DNA of 15,353 nucleotides. Source: Candidatus Iainarchaeum sp. Lineage in GTDB: Archaea > Iainarchaeota > Iainarchaeia > Iainarchaeales > JAFCCJ01. Shown piece after piece: positions 1-8,538 of this stretch. The stretch's first letter is position 1, and each line of letters opens with the position of its first letter. The position numbers and the translations under genes were made by a program. The DNA is taken from assembly GCA_043816965.1 (NCBI GenBank), contig JBDRHK010000105.1, positions 1-15,353 of the forward strand. Direction: 5' to 3'. The notes below the pieces were generated by a model, which made no database searches, had not been told where the DNA came from, and saw nothing but the letters and a program-made list of their open reading frames with translations.

Positions 1-863
1 ACCCTTCCAAACTGTTCCTTCCACCAGGGGGCTGTTTCCGAGGGAAGCACAAGGACATCAAACATATTTATGTAATCCTGGACCTCCTCATATGCAGGGT
101 CAATGTATCTTATTTTTCCCATTACATTCAGCTCTTTCGCCTTCTCCTCCATCTCCTTAATGAAATCAGTGTTCACATATTTATCAAGGATTAAATGATA
201 TTGGAAGTTCAGTTTTGAGCAGGCCTCAATAAGTGTAAGGATTCCCTTCTCCTGCGACAGCCTTCCCATAAAGCCAATTGCGAAATTCTCCACACCAAAT
301 TTCTTTTTAAGCGCCGAAACATCCTTCTTCACAAACTTCTCAGGGTCAAAACCCAAATAGGTGATTTTCACATTTCCCTTATATCCCTTTTTCCTCAGCA
401 CATCAACACATTCCTCGTGAATTGCAAGCGCATGCTGGCTGCTCCCTGTGACAATTTTGTAAATAAGCCCCAATGGAAACCTTTGTTTCCTGTAAATATT
501 CTCATAGGTGTTGAACAAAACCTTTGCACCAGTTAATTTCGCCCAAAACCATGCCTGCAAAGCAATAATGCTCCCTGGTTCCTCATTAATGTGAATTATG
601 TCTGGTTTTAGGGAGAGAACTTTAAACAAAAGGGACGGGGAGGGGTAAAAGAACCTGTACATATGCGGAACGAAAACTGCGGTTGGTTTGATAACATTAA
701 TCTTCTCATCTTTCCCAATCTCGGTTTTTGTCTTGAAATCGTCCTTCCAGTTATTGGGATAAATTGTGTGCAGTTCCAGATCCTTGTAAAGCGATAACTC
801 CTTCAGGAGTTTGCGGTAGGCAGTGACACTGAAGCCATGCCCGACCATAAGGACCTTAACCAT
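1..863 (-). CDS. Glycosyltransferase family 4 (GT-B), 3' end cut by the window edge
   Basis: Not in the ORF track; both ends translated by hand. ATG at 863 gives MVKVLMVGHGFSVTAYRKLLKEL..., and the same frame reaches the edge as DVLVLPSETAPWWKEQFGRV, the start of the GT4 E-x7-E donor-binding segment. Overlaps the upstream GT2 by 8 nt. Confidence 0.88.
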   Translation of the reverse strand, partial: MVKVLMVGHGFSVTAYRKLLKELSLYKDLELHTIYPNNWKDDFKTKTEIGKDEKINVIKPTAVFVPHMYRFFYPSPSLLFKVLSLKPDIIHINEEPGSIIALQAWFWAKLTGAKVLFNTYENIYRKQRFPLGLIYKIVTGSSQHALAIHEECVDVLRKKGYKGNVKITYLGFDPEKFVKKDVSALKKKFGVENFAIGFMGRLSQEKGILTLIEACSKLNFQYHLILDKYVNTDFIKEMEEKAKELNVMGKIRYIDPAYEEVQDYINMFDVLVLPSETAPWWKEQFGR

Positions 864-1734
864 TTTTCAGCCTCTTTCCCCTCTTTTCCCGGATTTCTTT
901 CCTGTTCTTGAAATTAATCCAGTAGGCTTTTAACAAATGCTGAATCCTGAGAAGGACAATGCTTTTCAAAACTCGGAGAATCTCATAGGGCAAAGCGCTA
1001 ATCAGCCTATCCCCTGAAAAATTCAGCAGCATAAACCTAATCCGATTTTTGTTCATCACAAAATAGTTCCATGCCTTTGTCTGCTTTTTCTGTGTTGCCT
1101 CCCCCTCATGATGCACAATTGTGGTATCCGGGGTGTATATGACACTAAAGCCTGCCCGCCAAGCCCTGTAGCACCAGTCAACCTCCTCAAAGTAAATTGG
1201 GTTAAAGCCCTCGTCCAATTTACCAATCTTATCAATAACTTCCCTCTTTATCATCAGCGCAGCGCCTGTAACATACTCGACCTCCCTTTCCCCGCCCTCT
1301 GGCAAATTCCTCGCAATCCCTGCATCATCAATCTTCGCACCGGCATGCTGCAGTTTTCCGTTTGGATAAACCAGCCTGCATCCAACAATCCCTGCCTTTT
1401 CATAGGCATCCATTACCCTCACCAAACTTGCCAACCAGTGCCCATTGACAGTTGTGTCATTGTTAAGGAGAAAAATATAGCTCCCCTTTGAGGCATCTAT
1501 TCCCTGATTGTTTCCCCCTGCAAATCCCATGTTGGAGGAATTTTCAATCAGTTTAATTTTGCCCTCCTTCCTTTTCTGGCGCAGGAATTCAACACTCCCA
1601 TCACTGCTCCCATTATCAACGACAATTATCTCGTAAGGGGAATAAAATGTGTTCCTTCCTATTGACTCAAGGCATTTACGGGTGAAATCCATCCCATTCC
1701 AGTTCAGGATAATTATCGAAACAAGCTTTCCCAT
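856..1734 (-). CDS. Glycosyltransferase family 2 (GT-A; WbbL/rhamnosyltransferase-like subgroup)
   Basis: VSIIILNWNG, IIVVDNGSSDGS, NMGFAGGNNQG, FLLNND, VTGAALMI, GKLDEGF-YFEEVDWC-R motifs. Confidence 0.9.
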   Translation of the reverse strand: MGKLVSIIILNWNGMDFTRKCLESIGRNTFYSPYEIIVVDNGSSDGSVEFLRQKRKEGKIKLIENSSNMGFAGGNNQGIDASKGSYIFLLNNDTTVNGHWLASLVRVMDAYEKAGIVGCRLVYPNGKLQHAGAKIDDAGIARNLPEGGEREVEYVTGAALMIKREVIDKIGKLDEGFNPIYFEEVDWCYRAWRAGFSVIYTPDTTIVHHEGEATQKKQTKAWNYFVMNKNRIRFMLLNFSGDRLISALPYEILRVLKSIVLLRIQHLLKAYWINFKNRKEIREKRGKRLKNG

Positions 1735-1761
1735 AGTAAAACCTTAAGGATTAGGAACTAT

Positions 1762-2730
1762 TTATTTTAGATGGTTTCTGTACCAGTCAATGGTTTCCTT
1801 TAGCCCATTTTCCAGCGAATATTTGGGTTTCCAGCCAAGCATCTTTTTAGCCTTTTTGCTTGAGAGCCACTGCCTGTCAATCTCGTTCTCTGCCTTCCCA
1901 AGCACTTTTGGCTTTACTCCCTTGGCGCCGCTTAATTTAATTATTTTATTGAAAAGGTCAATCACCTTTACAGGGGTTTCGGTCCCGAAATTGAACGCCT
2001 CACCGGGAATTCCTTTTTTGTCCATCTTTTCGGCAAGCAATAAATATGCATCTGCAATGTCCTTTACATAAATGTAATCCCTTTCCGGAGTTCCGTCACT
2101 CCTTATTATTGGGGTTTCATTTTTCAGGACTGATTCAATAGTTCCCGGAATAATGCGGTTGAAGTTCATGTCTCCCCCGCCATAGGTGTTCGCATTTCGC
2201 GTTATACAAACAGGGAGTGAGTAAGTGGTAAAATAGCTTTGGGAAAGTATATCTGCGCATGCCTTTGAGGCGTCATAAGGGTAACGCCCAAGGAGCGGGC
2301 TCTCCTCTGTGTAGGGCAGTTTCTTCTGCACACCATAAGCCTTGTCACTGCTTGCAACAATGACCTTTTCCACAGTTTTTGAATTCCTTGCGGCCTCCAG
2401 GATATTCCACGTTCCCTTAATATTGGATTCAAATGTTGAAAGTGGTGAGCGGTTGGCAACACCAACAATCGCCTGTGCCGCAATATGGAAAACAGCCTCG
2501 GTTTCAAACTCATTTGTTGCCCTTTCGAGAACTGAATAAGAAACTAAATCACCCTGCACAACATTAATTTTTCCATTAAGGCCCATTACATCAATATTGT
2601 TCTTCTTCTTCAAATCCCTTACAAGCGCGGTGACATTTGCCCCCTGCTCAACCAGTGCCCTGGCAACCCATGAGCCAATGAAACCATCAACCCCTGTCAC
2701 AAATGCATTTTTCCCTTTCCAGTAATCCAT
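1762..2730 (-). CDS. rfbG: NDP-sugar dehydratase/epimerase (extended SDR), CDP-glucose 4,6-dehydratase-like (RfbG / Bacillus YfnG type)
   Basis: TGVDGFIG (GxxGxxG), SSDKAYG (S/T-D-K as in CDP-Glc 4,6-dehydratases), YDASK (YxxxK). Start moved from 2781 to ATG 2730 (MDYWKGK), which follows GGAGTGA and lies 1 nt after the rfbF stop. Confidence 0.78.
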   Translation of the reverse strand: MDYWKGKNAFVTGVDGFIGSWVARALVEQGANVTALVRDLKKKNNIDVMGLNGKINVVQGDLVSYSVLERATNEFETEAVFHIAAQAIVGVANRSPLSTFESNIKGTWNILEAARNSKTVEKVIVASSDKAYGVQKKLPYTEESPLLGRYPYDASKACADILSQSYFTTYSLPVCITRNANTYGGGDMNFNRIIPGTIESVLKNETPIIRSDGTPERDYIYVKDIADAYLLLAEKMDKKGIPGEAFNFGTETPVKVIDLFNKIIKLSGAKGVKPKVLGKAENEIDRQWLSSKKAKKMLGWKPKYSLENGLKETIDWYRNHLK

Positions 2731-2731
2731 C

Positions 2732-3436
2732 TCAATCACTCCATTTCTTCCAGGGCGCTTTTCCCGATTCCCACAATTCATTCAGCAGCATATTGTCTTT
2801 AAATGTATCCATGCACTCCCAGAAACCTGTGTGCTTGAATGCGGCAATCTCTCCGTCCTTTGCAAGATTTTCAAATGGCTCCCTCTCCAAAACCGAATTC
2901 TCCCCAAGATAATCAAAAACCTTTTTCTCAAAAACAAAAAACCCCCCATTAATCCAGTGCTCGAGCTTTGGTTTTTCCCTGAATTTGGTTATGGTTCCCG
3001 AATCCCCGATTTCCATAATCCCGAACTGGCTCAGGGGATTTACTGCAGTAAGTGTCGCGGCCTTTCCCTTTTTCCCATGGAACTTAATCAGGGCATCCAA
3101 ATCCACATCCCCCAAACCATCCCCATAATTGCATAAAAATCGCCCATCAACATAATCCTCAATCTTTTTCACCCTTCCCCCTGTATTGGTTTCAAGGCCT
3201 GTATCAACAAATTCAATATCCCATTTCTCATGGTTGTTTTTAGAAAAATAATCCTTAATCTTCTCCCCCTTATATCCCAAACAAAGGACAAAATCAGTAA
3301 ACCCAAAGCCTGAATAGCTCTTCATAATATGCCACAAAATAGGCTTTCCGCCGATTTTCGCCAATGGTTTTGGGATTAATTCAGTAATTTCCCCCATTCT
3401 TGTTCCTTTTCCACCACATAGCAGGACTGTCTTCAT
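2732..3436 (-). CDS. rfbF: Glucose-1-phosphate cytidylyltransferase (RfbF-like nucleotidyltransferase)
   Basis: LCGGKGTRM-PKPL, GKPILWHIMK, LCLGYKG, VDTGLETNTGGR, YGDG, WINGGFFV, GFWECMDT, LWESGKAPW. ATG 3436 follows a GAGGTG Shine-Dalgarno. Adjacent to the RfbG-like gene. Confidence 0.85.
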   Translation of the reverse strand: MKTVLLCGGKGTRMGEITELIPKPLAKIGGKPILWHIMKSYSGFGFTDFVLCLGYKGEKIKDYFSKNNHEKWDIEFVDTGLETNTGGRVKKIEDYVDGRFLCNYGDGLGDVDLDALIKFHGKKGKAATLTAVNPLSQFGIMEIGDSGTITKFREKPKLEHWINGGFFVFEKKVFDYLGENSVLEREPFENLAKDGEIAAFKHTGFWECMDTFKDNMLLNELWESGKAPWKKWSD

Positions 3437-3485
3437 AATCAACACCTCTTAAACACAAATAGTTACAGAATTTGCCCCAAAAGGC

Positions 3486-3493
3486 TTTAAAAA
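3486..3493 (-). promoter_or_regulatory. Putative TATA box (TTTTTAAA) upstream of rfbF
   Basis: TTTTTAAA on the minus strand in the 60-nt intergenic gap; GAGGTG lies before ATG 3436. Confidence 0.4.
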
Positions 3494-3496
3494 CCC

Positions 3497-4606
3497 CTAA
3501 TTAGCCCCCTTGAGCAGCTTTTCATACACTCCTTCAAAGCTTTTTATGGCCCTTTCCCAGGCGTATTTTTTCGCGGAATTCCTGGCTTCTGCGCTCAATT
3601 CGGCATAATTTGCCCCTCCTTCATAGCTCAGGGAAAGCAGCTTTTTTGCCACATTTTTCTCAAATGTGTAATCCACAATATAGCCATTCCTGCCATCCTC
3701 CACAATATTCCTGAATGCCCCAATATCATTTACAACAGGCACAATTCCTGATGCCATTGCCTCAACAAGGGAAATCCCAAAGCCCTCATAGCGCGAGGCA
3801 GAAACAAAGAACTCACACCGCGAGCGCAGTTCATCAAGCTCTGTGTCACTCAATTTTCCCATCATGAAAATATTTTCATCCATCCCATTTCCGGAAATTT
3901 TTTCCTTAAGCCCCTTAACCAAACCTTCCCAGTCCCCTCCCACTATGAAAAGTTTTGTCACCGGGTTTTCCCTAACCACAAGGGTGAAAACATCAATCAA
4001 TTTCTCAACCCTTTTGTTCCTTGAAATCCTCCCGACAAAAAGATAGGTATCCTGTTCAACATTCCTTGGAACCGAGGAGAATTTCCCGTAATCAATTGCG
4101 TTCTCAATCAACTCAACCTTGTTCGAAATTTTTGAAAAAAGTTTTTTATCATTTTCGCTCACGGCAATAATTGTAATATCTCTCAGATGCCCCTTGCACC
4201 AGTAATTGAAATACAGTTTTTTCAGCCACATTATTTTTTCAGTGTGGAAAATTCCCCCATGGGTTGAAATCACAATCGGTTTCTTGTGCTCCTTTTTCTT
4301 CCACACAAGGTAATCTGAAAAAAAGCCAATTCCGTGGATGTGAAGGAGGTCAAAACCTTTTACAAACTCCATCACTTTCGGGGCCCAGGCATAATAGGTA
4401 AATGATGTGAAGGGAATCCTGTGCACTGTGATTCCGTCAATTATTTCCTTTGCGCGTAACTCATCGCCACTTTTTGCGCACTTATTTAGAGTAACCACCT
4501 CGACCTCATGCCCCCTTTTTTTCAGCTGCAAAGTTAAATCATAAACCGCCTTTTCCAGCCCCCCAACACAGGGGGAAAAGTGGGGAACAACCTGCAGGAT
4601 TTTCAT
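3497..4606 (-). CDS. Glycosyltransferase family 4, GumH/AceA-like (candidate alpha-mannosyltransferase acting on a lipid-PP-disaccharide)
   Basis: P-VGGLE, HIHGIGFFSDYL, KPIVISTHGGIFHT, VSEND, GRISRNK and EGFGISLVE (E-x7-E). ATGA overlap with the upstream GT2. Confidence 0.88.
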   Translation of the reverse strand: MKILQVVPHFSPCVGGLEKAVYDLTLQLKKRGHEVEVVTLNKCAKSGDELRAKEIIDGITVHRIPFTSFTYYAWAPKVMEFVKGFDLLHIHGIGFFSDYLVWKKKEHKKPIVISTHGGIFHTEKIMWLKKLYFNYWCKGHLRDITIIAVSENDKKLFSKISNKVELIENAIDYGKFSSVPRNVEQDTYLFVGRISRNKRVEKLIDVFTLVVRENPVTKLFIVGGDWEGLVKGLKEKISGNGMDENIFMMGKLSDTELDELRSRCEFFVSASRYEGFGISLVEAMASGIVPVVNDIGAFRNIVEDGRNGYIVDYTFEKNVAKKLLSLSYEGGANYAELSAEARNSAKKYAWERAIKSFEGVYEKLLKGAN

Positions 4607-5568
4607 AAACCCAGCACCTCCCTTAGGAAACCATAAATCAGCCCGCCGCTAAAAACTGCCGAGCGGAGCAGGAGGAAAATCGGGGAAAGGATTGCAACAG
4701 TGAAATCCTTCCTTGATGCATAAATTGCGAAAGGGATTGAACTAATCAAAAAAATTAACAATGAAATCGCGGAAATTAAAATCAATGGCCTGAAAAAAAT
4801 CCCTAGAACTAATGAAATTGCGAAAGCATAAAAGATAATGATTTGGATTTTCAGCCTTTGGGGGGTGTAGGAATCACTGATAATTTTTTCCTTGTGCTTG
4901 CTGTAAAGCCTTATCCTCCAGTATGCGCGGTAGAATTTTGTGTAAAGGTATTCGAGCATTGAGGTCGGATGCTGATGGTAAACCTTTGCCTTTGGGTTGA
5001 ACACAAGTTTGTATTTTTTCTTCGAGATTTTGAACGAAAGGTCAGGGTCCTCCCCTGAAGCAATTGGGAAGCTCTCATCAAATCCCCCAACCTCATCAAA
5101 AACACTTTTCCTGTATGCCGCGGAGTAACTCCCGACAAAATCTATTGATTTGTGCTTTTTCAGCCTTTCATACCTTTCCTCAATCTCTATCTGCACATAT
5201 TTTGCGACAATTTCCATTTGTTTGGTTAAATATGCCCCCTGAACCCCGGCAACTTTGGGATCCGCAAATGGTGCGGCCATTTCATCCAGCCAGTTTTTTG
5301 TGGCAACACAGTCAGAATCAATGAAAACCACGATTTCACCCTTTGCGGCCATTGCCCCTGAATTCCTTGCAGTGGCAGGGCCCTTATTTTTCTGGGAAAT
5401 CAATTCAACATTATTTTTACTTGCAATCTTTTCAGTGTCATCAGTGCTCCCGTCATCAACAACAATAATTTCGTAATTGTGCTTTGTATCCTGATCCTTC
5501 AGTGATTTTAAACACTCACCAATATTCTTCCCGGCGTTGTATGCTGGAACAATAACGGAAATTCTCAT
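4603..5568 (-). CDS. Membrane-anchored glycosyltransferase family 2 with C-terminal transmembrane helices
   Basis: ISVIVPAYN, VVDDGSTD, GPATARNSG, FIDSD (DxD), GGFDESF-GED, followed by hydrophobic C-terminal segments. Confidence 0.9.
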   Translation of the reverse strand: MRISVIVPAYNAGKNIGECLKSLKDQDTKHNYEIIVVDDGSTDDTEKIASKNNVELISQKNKGPATARNSGAMAAKGEIVVFIDSDCVATKNWLDEMAAPFADPKVAGVQGAYLTKQMEIVAKYVQIEIEERYERLKKHKSIDFVGSYSAAYRKSVFDEVGGFDESFPIASGEDPDLSFKISKKKYKLVFNPKAKVYHQHPTSMLEYLYTKFYRAYWRIRLYSKHKEKIISDSYTPQRLKIQIIIFYAFAISLVLGIFFRPLILISAISLLIFLISSIPFAIYASRKDFTVAILSPIFLLLRSAVFSGGLIYGFLREVLGL

Positions 5569-5569
5569 T

Positions 5570-7015
5570 TCAATTACCCTGCGTAAGGTGCTTCAAAAAT
5601 GTTTTTGTGGATTTTATAATTCTCGGTGCTTCCCGGGGATGGGTAAAAATCTGGATGAATTTACTCAGAATATATTTCGGCCGCATGTAAAATCTTTTCC
5701 TCCCCTTATTGCATTCCTCAACCAACTCTTTATTAGTCAAGCCAGGCCTTGAAACCAGGCAGTTGTGGTTTCCCTCTTCATCAAGCCATTTGGAGAAATC
5801 TTCGCTAAGCAAAAATCCCTCTTTCTTTGCCCATTCATATGCTTCGGTCCCAGGATAAACCATTATCGGGAAAAACTGCGCGGTGTCGGGCTCAAGTTCA
5901 ATTGCAAAATCGACAGTTTTTCTGATTGTTTCCTTGGTGTCGCCCTTATTCCCGAGCATGAAACAGCCATGAATAAGAATTCCTGCCTTCTTCGCATCTT
6001 TCATAAACTGCCTAATCCCCTCAATCTTTGTTCCCTTTTTAATGTTGTTGAGAATCTCCTGCTCCCCTGACTCAACACCAACGCATAAAAGCCTGCAACC
6101 TGCCTTTTTCATCTGCTGCAGGGTTTCGAGTTTAACATCAGCCCTTGCATTGCAGCTCCAAACAAGTTTATTCCCTGCCTCAACTTTCCTCCTGCAAAAT
6201 TCTGCAGCCCTTTCAGAATCTGCTGTAAAGGTGTCATCCTCGATGAAAATTTCCTTAACCTCGGGAAAGTTCTTTCTAATGTATTCAAATTCCGCAAGCA
6301 GGTTATCAACGCTCCTTTTCCTGTAGCCCCTTCCATTCATCGTTTGTGGGAGCAGGCAATAGGTGCATTGGAAGGGGCAGCCCCTCCCGCTGATAATTGT
6401 AATTTCAGGGTAAAGGTTCGCAGAATAAAAGTAATTCCTAATGTTCAGGTGTTTTTTGTACACTTCAGAAACAAAAGGAATCTCGTCGAGATTTTCAATC
6501 AGCGCACGATTTTTGTTGTGAATAATTTTACCGCTCTTCCTGAAACTCAAACCGTCAATTTTTTCAAATTCCTTTCCCCCTCTTTCCAGCTCGGCAGCCA
6601 AATCCCGCACGGTGTAATCATACTCGCCGCGGGCGATTGCATCTATCTTGTCGGAAATTTTTAAGGTTTCCTCAGGAAGTGCGCTTGGATGGGTTCCGAC
6701 CAAAATTCCATAGCTCCCTGTCTCGTTTTTTATCTTCTCAAGGAATTTCACATCATTGTAAATGGAAGCAGTTGCGGTATCCATTACCACAAGTTCAGGC
6801 ATGAAACTTTTCGCAATAGACAGTACTTCCCTTTCTCCCAGCCCTTCGGCAGGAGCATCGATAAGTTTTACATTATGCCCTTCCTTTTCCAGAACAGCTG
6901 TTGCATAGGCTAGCCAAATGGGAAAATAAATTGTCCCCCCCTTTGCAACCGCCGGCGACCTTGAGGCGCGCGAAAATTTCGGGAGAAATGGCGGATTTAA
7001 CACTAGTATGCGCAT
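5570..7015 (-). CDS. B12-binding-domain radical SAM protein, HpnJ-like
   Basis: GRGCPFQCTYC (CxxxCxxC) after an N-terminal region of about 200 aa resembling a cobalamin-binding domain; also EDDTFT, WSCNARA, VGVESG, YPGT. GGAG lies upstream of the ATG. Confidence 0.88.
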   Translation of the reverse strand: MRILVLNPPFLPKFSRASRSPAVAKGGTIYFPIWLAYATAVLEKEGHNVKLIDAPAEGLGEREVLSIAKSFMPELVVMDTATASIYNDVKFLEKIKNETGSYGILVGTHPSALPEETLKISDKIDAIARGEYDYTVRDLAAELERGGKEFEKIDGLSFRKSGKIIHNKNRALIENLDEIPFVSEVYKKHLNIRNYFYSANLYPEITIISGRGCPFQCTYCLLPQTMNGRGYRKRSVDNLLAEFEYIRKNFPEVKEIFIEDDTFTADSERAAEFCRRKVEAGNKLVWSCNARADVKLETLQQMKKAGCRLLCVGVESGEQEILNNIKKGTKIEGIRQFMKDAKKAGILIHGCFMLGNKGDTKETIRKTVDFAIELEPDTAQFFPIMVYPGTEAYEWAKKEGFLLSEDFSKWLDEEGNHNCLVSRPGLTNKELVEECNKGRKRFYMRPKYILSKFIQIFTHPREAPRIIKSTKTFLKHLTQGN

Positions 7016-7093
7016 TATATAACTCTCCTAAGGAATTTATTATTCATTTTTGGTACATTGCTCGAAAATGCCCAAAATCAGGGCGAATTGCGG

Positions 7094-7615
7094 CTAATTG
7101 TTCTTCAAAGGCTTGAAATTCTTCCTTTTCTTCAGTACCAAATCCAGTTCAATACTTGGAATGATATGGGCCAACCACCTGTCATAGAAGAAAGGGAACA
7201 AATTAATTATGGAATTAATCCAGCTGAACAGTTTATTATTTGTAAATATGATTTTGTTCCTCACAATCTCATACTTGTAAAACGGCTGTGTTTTATCCCT
7301 GTAATGCTCGAAGGAAATCCAGCTGAAACCAGGCCTTTTATGTTCCCCCATGTAGGCGCGGTGGTTGGTGTAATAGGGCACTCTCGCTTTCACAATCCCT
7401 TCTGGCTTCAGAATCCGCCACATCTCATTCATTATGTGATAGTAATCCATATGCTCAAGGAAATGGTGCGCAAGGAGTTCATCAACAGAATTATCGGGGA
7501 AAGGAAATTTCTTGCTCAAATCAGCGACAATATCCACGCCAGGAAATTTCACCCAGTCAACGCCAATGTATCCCGGAGTCTTCCTAAATCCGCACCCTAA
7601 TTCAACTTTTTTCAT
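7094..7615 (-). CDS. Class I SAM-dependent methyltransferase (small, glycan-cluster type)
   Basis: VELGCG motif I, GVD, ADL-FPFPDNSVD, HFLEHM, EMWRILKPEG. ATG 7615 preferred over TTG 7624. Confidence 0.82.
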   Translation of the reverse strand: MKKVELGCGFRKTPGYIGVDWVKFPGVDIVADLSKKFPFPDNSVDELLAHHFLEHMDYYHIMNEMWRILKPEGIVKARVPYYTNHRAYMGEHKRPGFSWISFEHYRDKTQPFYKYEIVRNKIIFTNNKLFSWINSIINLFPFFYDRWLAHIIPSIELDLVLKKRKNFKPLKNN

Positions 7616-7645
7616 CGCAACCAAATCAACAATTCCTATAAAGTC

Positions 7646-7660
7646 ATTTAAAAGCTTTCC
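7646..7660 (-). promoter_or_regulatory. Archaeal BRE + TATA promoter for the methyltransferase
   Basis: GGAAAGCTTTTAAAT on the minus strand; TTTTAAAT begins 38 nt before ATG 7615. Confidence 0.6.
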
Positions 7661-7664
7661 AAAG

Positions 7665-8537
7665 TTAGATCAGTAGCTTTCCGTGTTTAATGCTCCCCCA
7701 GAGCCTGGCAAATTTCACCAGGAACACATAGCCAATCCCAAGCAGAATTATTGTGAGTGTATGAACTGGAGTCTTATTTTGCAGAAGCACAATCCCTTGA
7801 GGTGATGAGAAATTCATTTTCCCGTCGCTTGCCCACAAACCTGTTGCTGTTTTGAAATCCGCCATAGGATTCCGCAGAAAACCAAACTTAATGTCCATAA
7901 ACTCTTTCGCCCGCTTCGGATGCTTCTTATACAGGAGAGGGTCAACCTGGTGTATCCAAATCCTTTTCAGCCCATATTTGATTTTATTTCCCAAGCCCTC
8001 TGGCTGCTTATGCACATGCTCGAAATCGGCATTCACTTTTTTTACATCAAAACCCAAATCCTGGATTTTGAAAACAGTGTCAGTGTCCTCCCTGTTGCTG
8101 AATGGAAAATTCTCATCAAACTTCTCGGATTTCAGCAGCAACTCTTTCCTGTAGGCGGTGCTTGTCCCTCCGAATTCACTATAAGAGGAAGTAATTCCAA
8201 TTTTTTTATTTTGTTTGAATGGTGAGATTAAATTGCCCAGCCAGTTTTTTGCGGGAATGCAGTCATCGTCCATTATTGCAATTATCTCGCCCTTTGCTTT
8301 GTCAATGCCTTTATTCCTCGCTTTTGCTGGCCCCCCGCTTTTAGCATAAGAAATTGTGGAGATTTTTTTGTTTTTTTCTGAAAATTCTTTTAAAACGGTT
8401 TTAGTATTATCCTTACTTCCATCGTCAACAACAATAATTTCATAGTCAGAAAAATCCTGCCTCAGCATTGCCTCCAAAGTTCTCCGAAGAATATCGACCC
8501 TGTTATGGGTGGCAATTACGACCGTTGCATAAACCAT
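7665..8537 (-). CDS. Glycosyltransferase family 2 with a C-terminal membrane segment
   Basis: TVVIATHNR, VVDDGSKD, GPAKARNKG, MDDDC, FDENF-RED. Start moved from 8606 to ATG 8537, 1 nt after the radical SAM stop. Confidence 0.87.
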   Translation of the reverse strand: MVYATVVIATHNRVDILRRTLEAMLRQDFSDYEIIVVDDGSKDNTKTVLKEFSEKNKKISTISYAKSGGPAKARNKGIDKAKGEIIAIMDDDCIPAKNWLGNLISPFKQNKKIGITSSYSEFGGTSTAYRKELLLKSEKFDENFPFSNREDTDTVFKIQDLGFDVKKVNADFEHVHKQPEGLGNKIKYGLKRIWIHQVDPLLYKKHPKRAKEFMDIKFGFLRNPMADFKTATGLWASDGKMNFSSPQGIVLLQNKTPVHTLTIILLGIGYVFLVKFARLWGSIKHGKLLI

Positions 8538-8538
8538 G

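Noticed and set aside
2731..2781. N-terminal extension of the SDR ORF
   Set aside because: Overlaps rfbF by 50 nt; the family-like sequence and Shine-Dalgarno support ATG 2730.
6935..6941. G7 tract (coding strand) near the start of the HpnJ-like gene as a phase-variation site
   Set aside because: The frame is intact and homopolymers of 5-7 nt are frequent throughout the window.
5570..7015. BchE, or true hopanoid biosynthesis
   Set aside because: No bacteriochlorophyll or hopanoid genes are in the window and the context is archaeal glycosylation.
7058..7600. 180-aa plus-strand ORF
   Set aside because: Antisense shadow of the methyltransferase, with no recognisable motifs.
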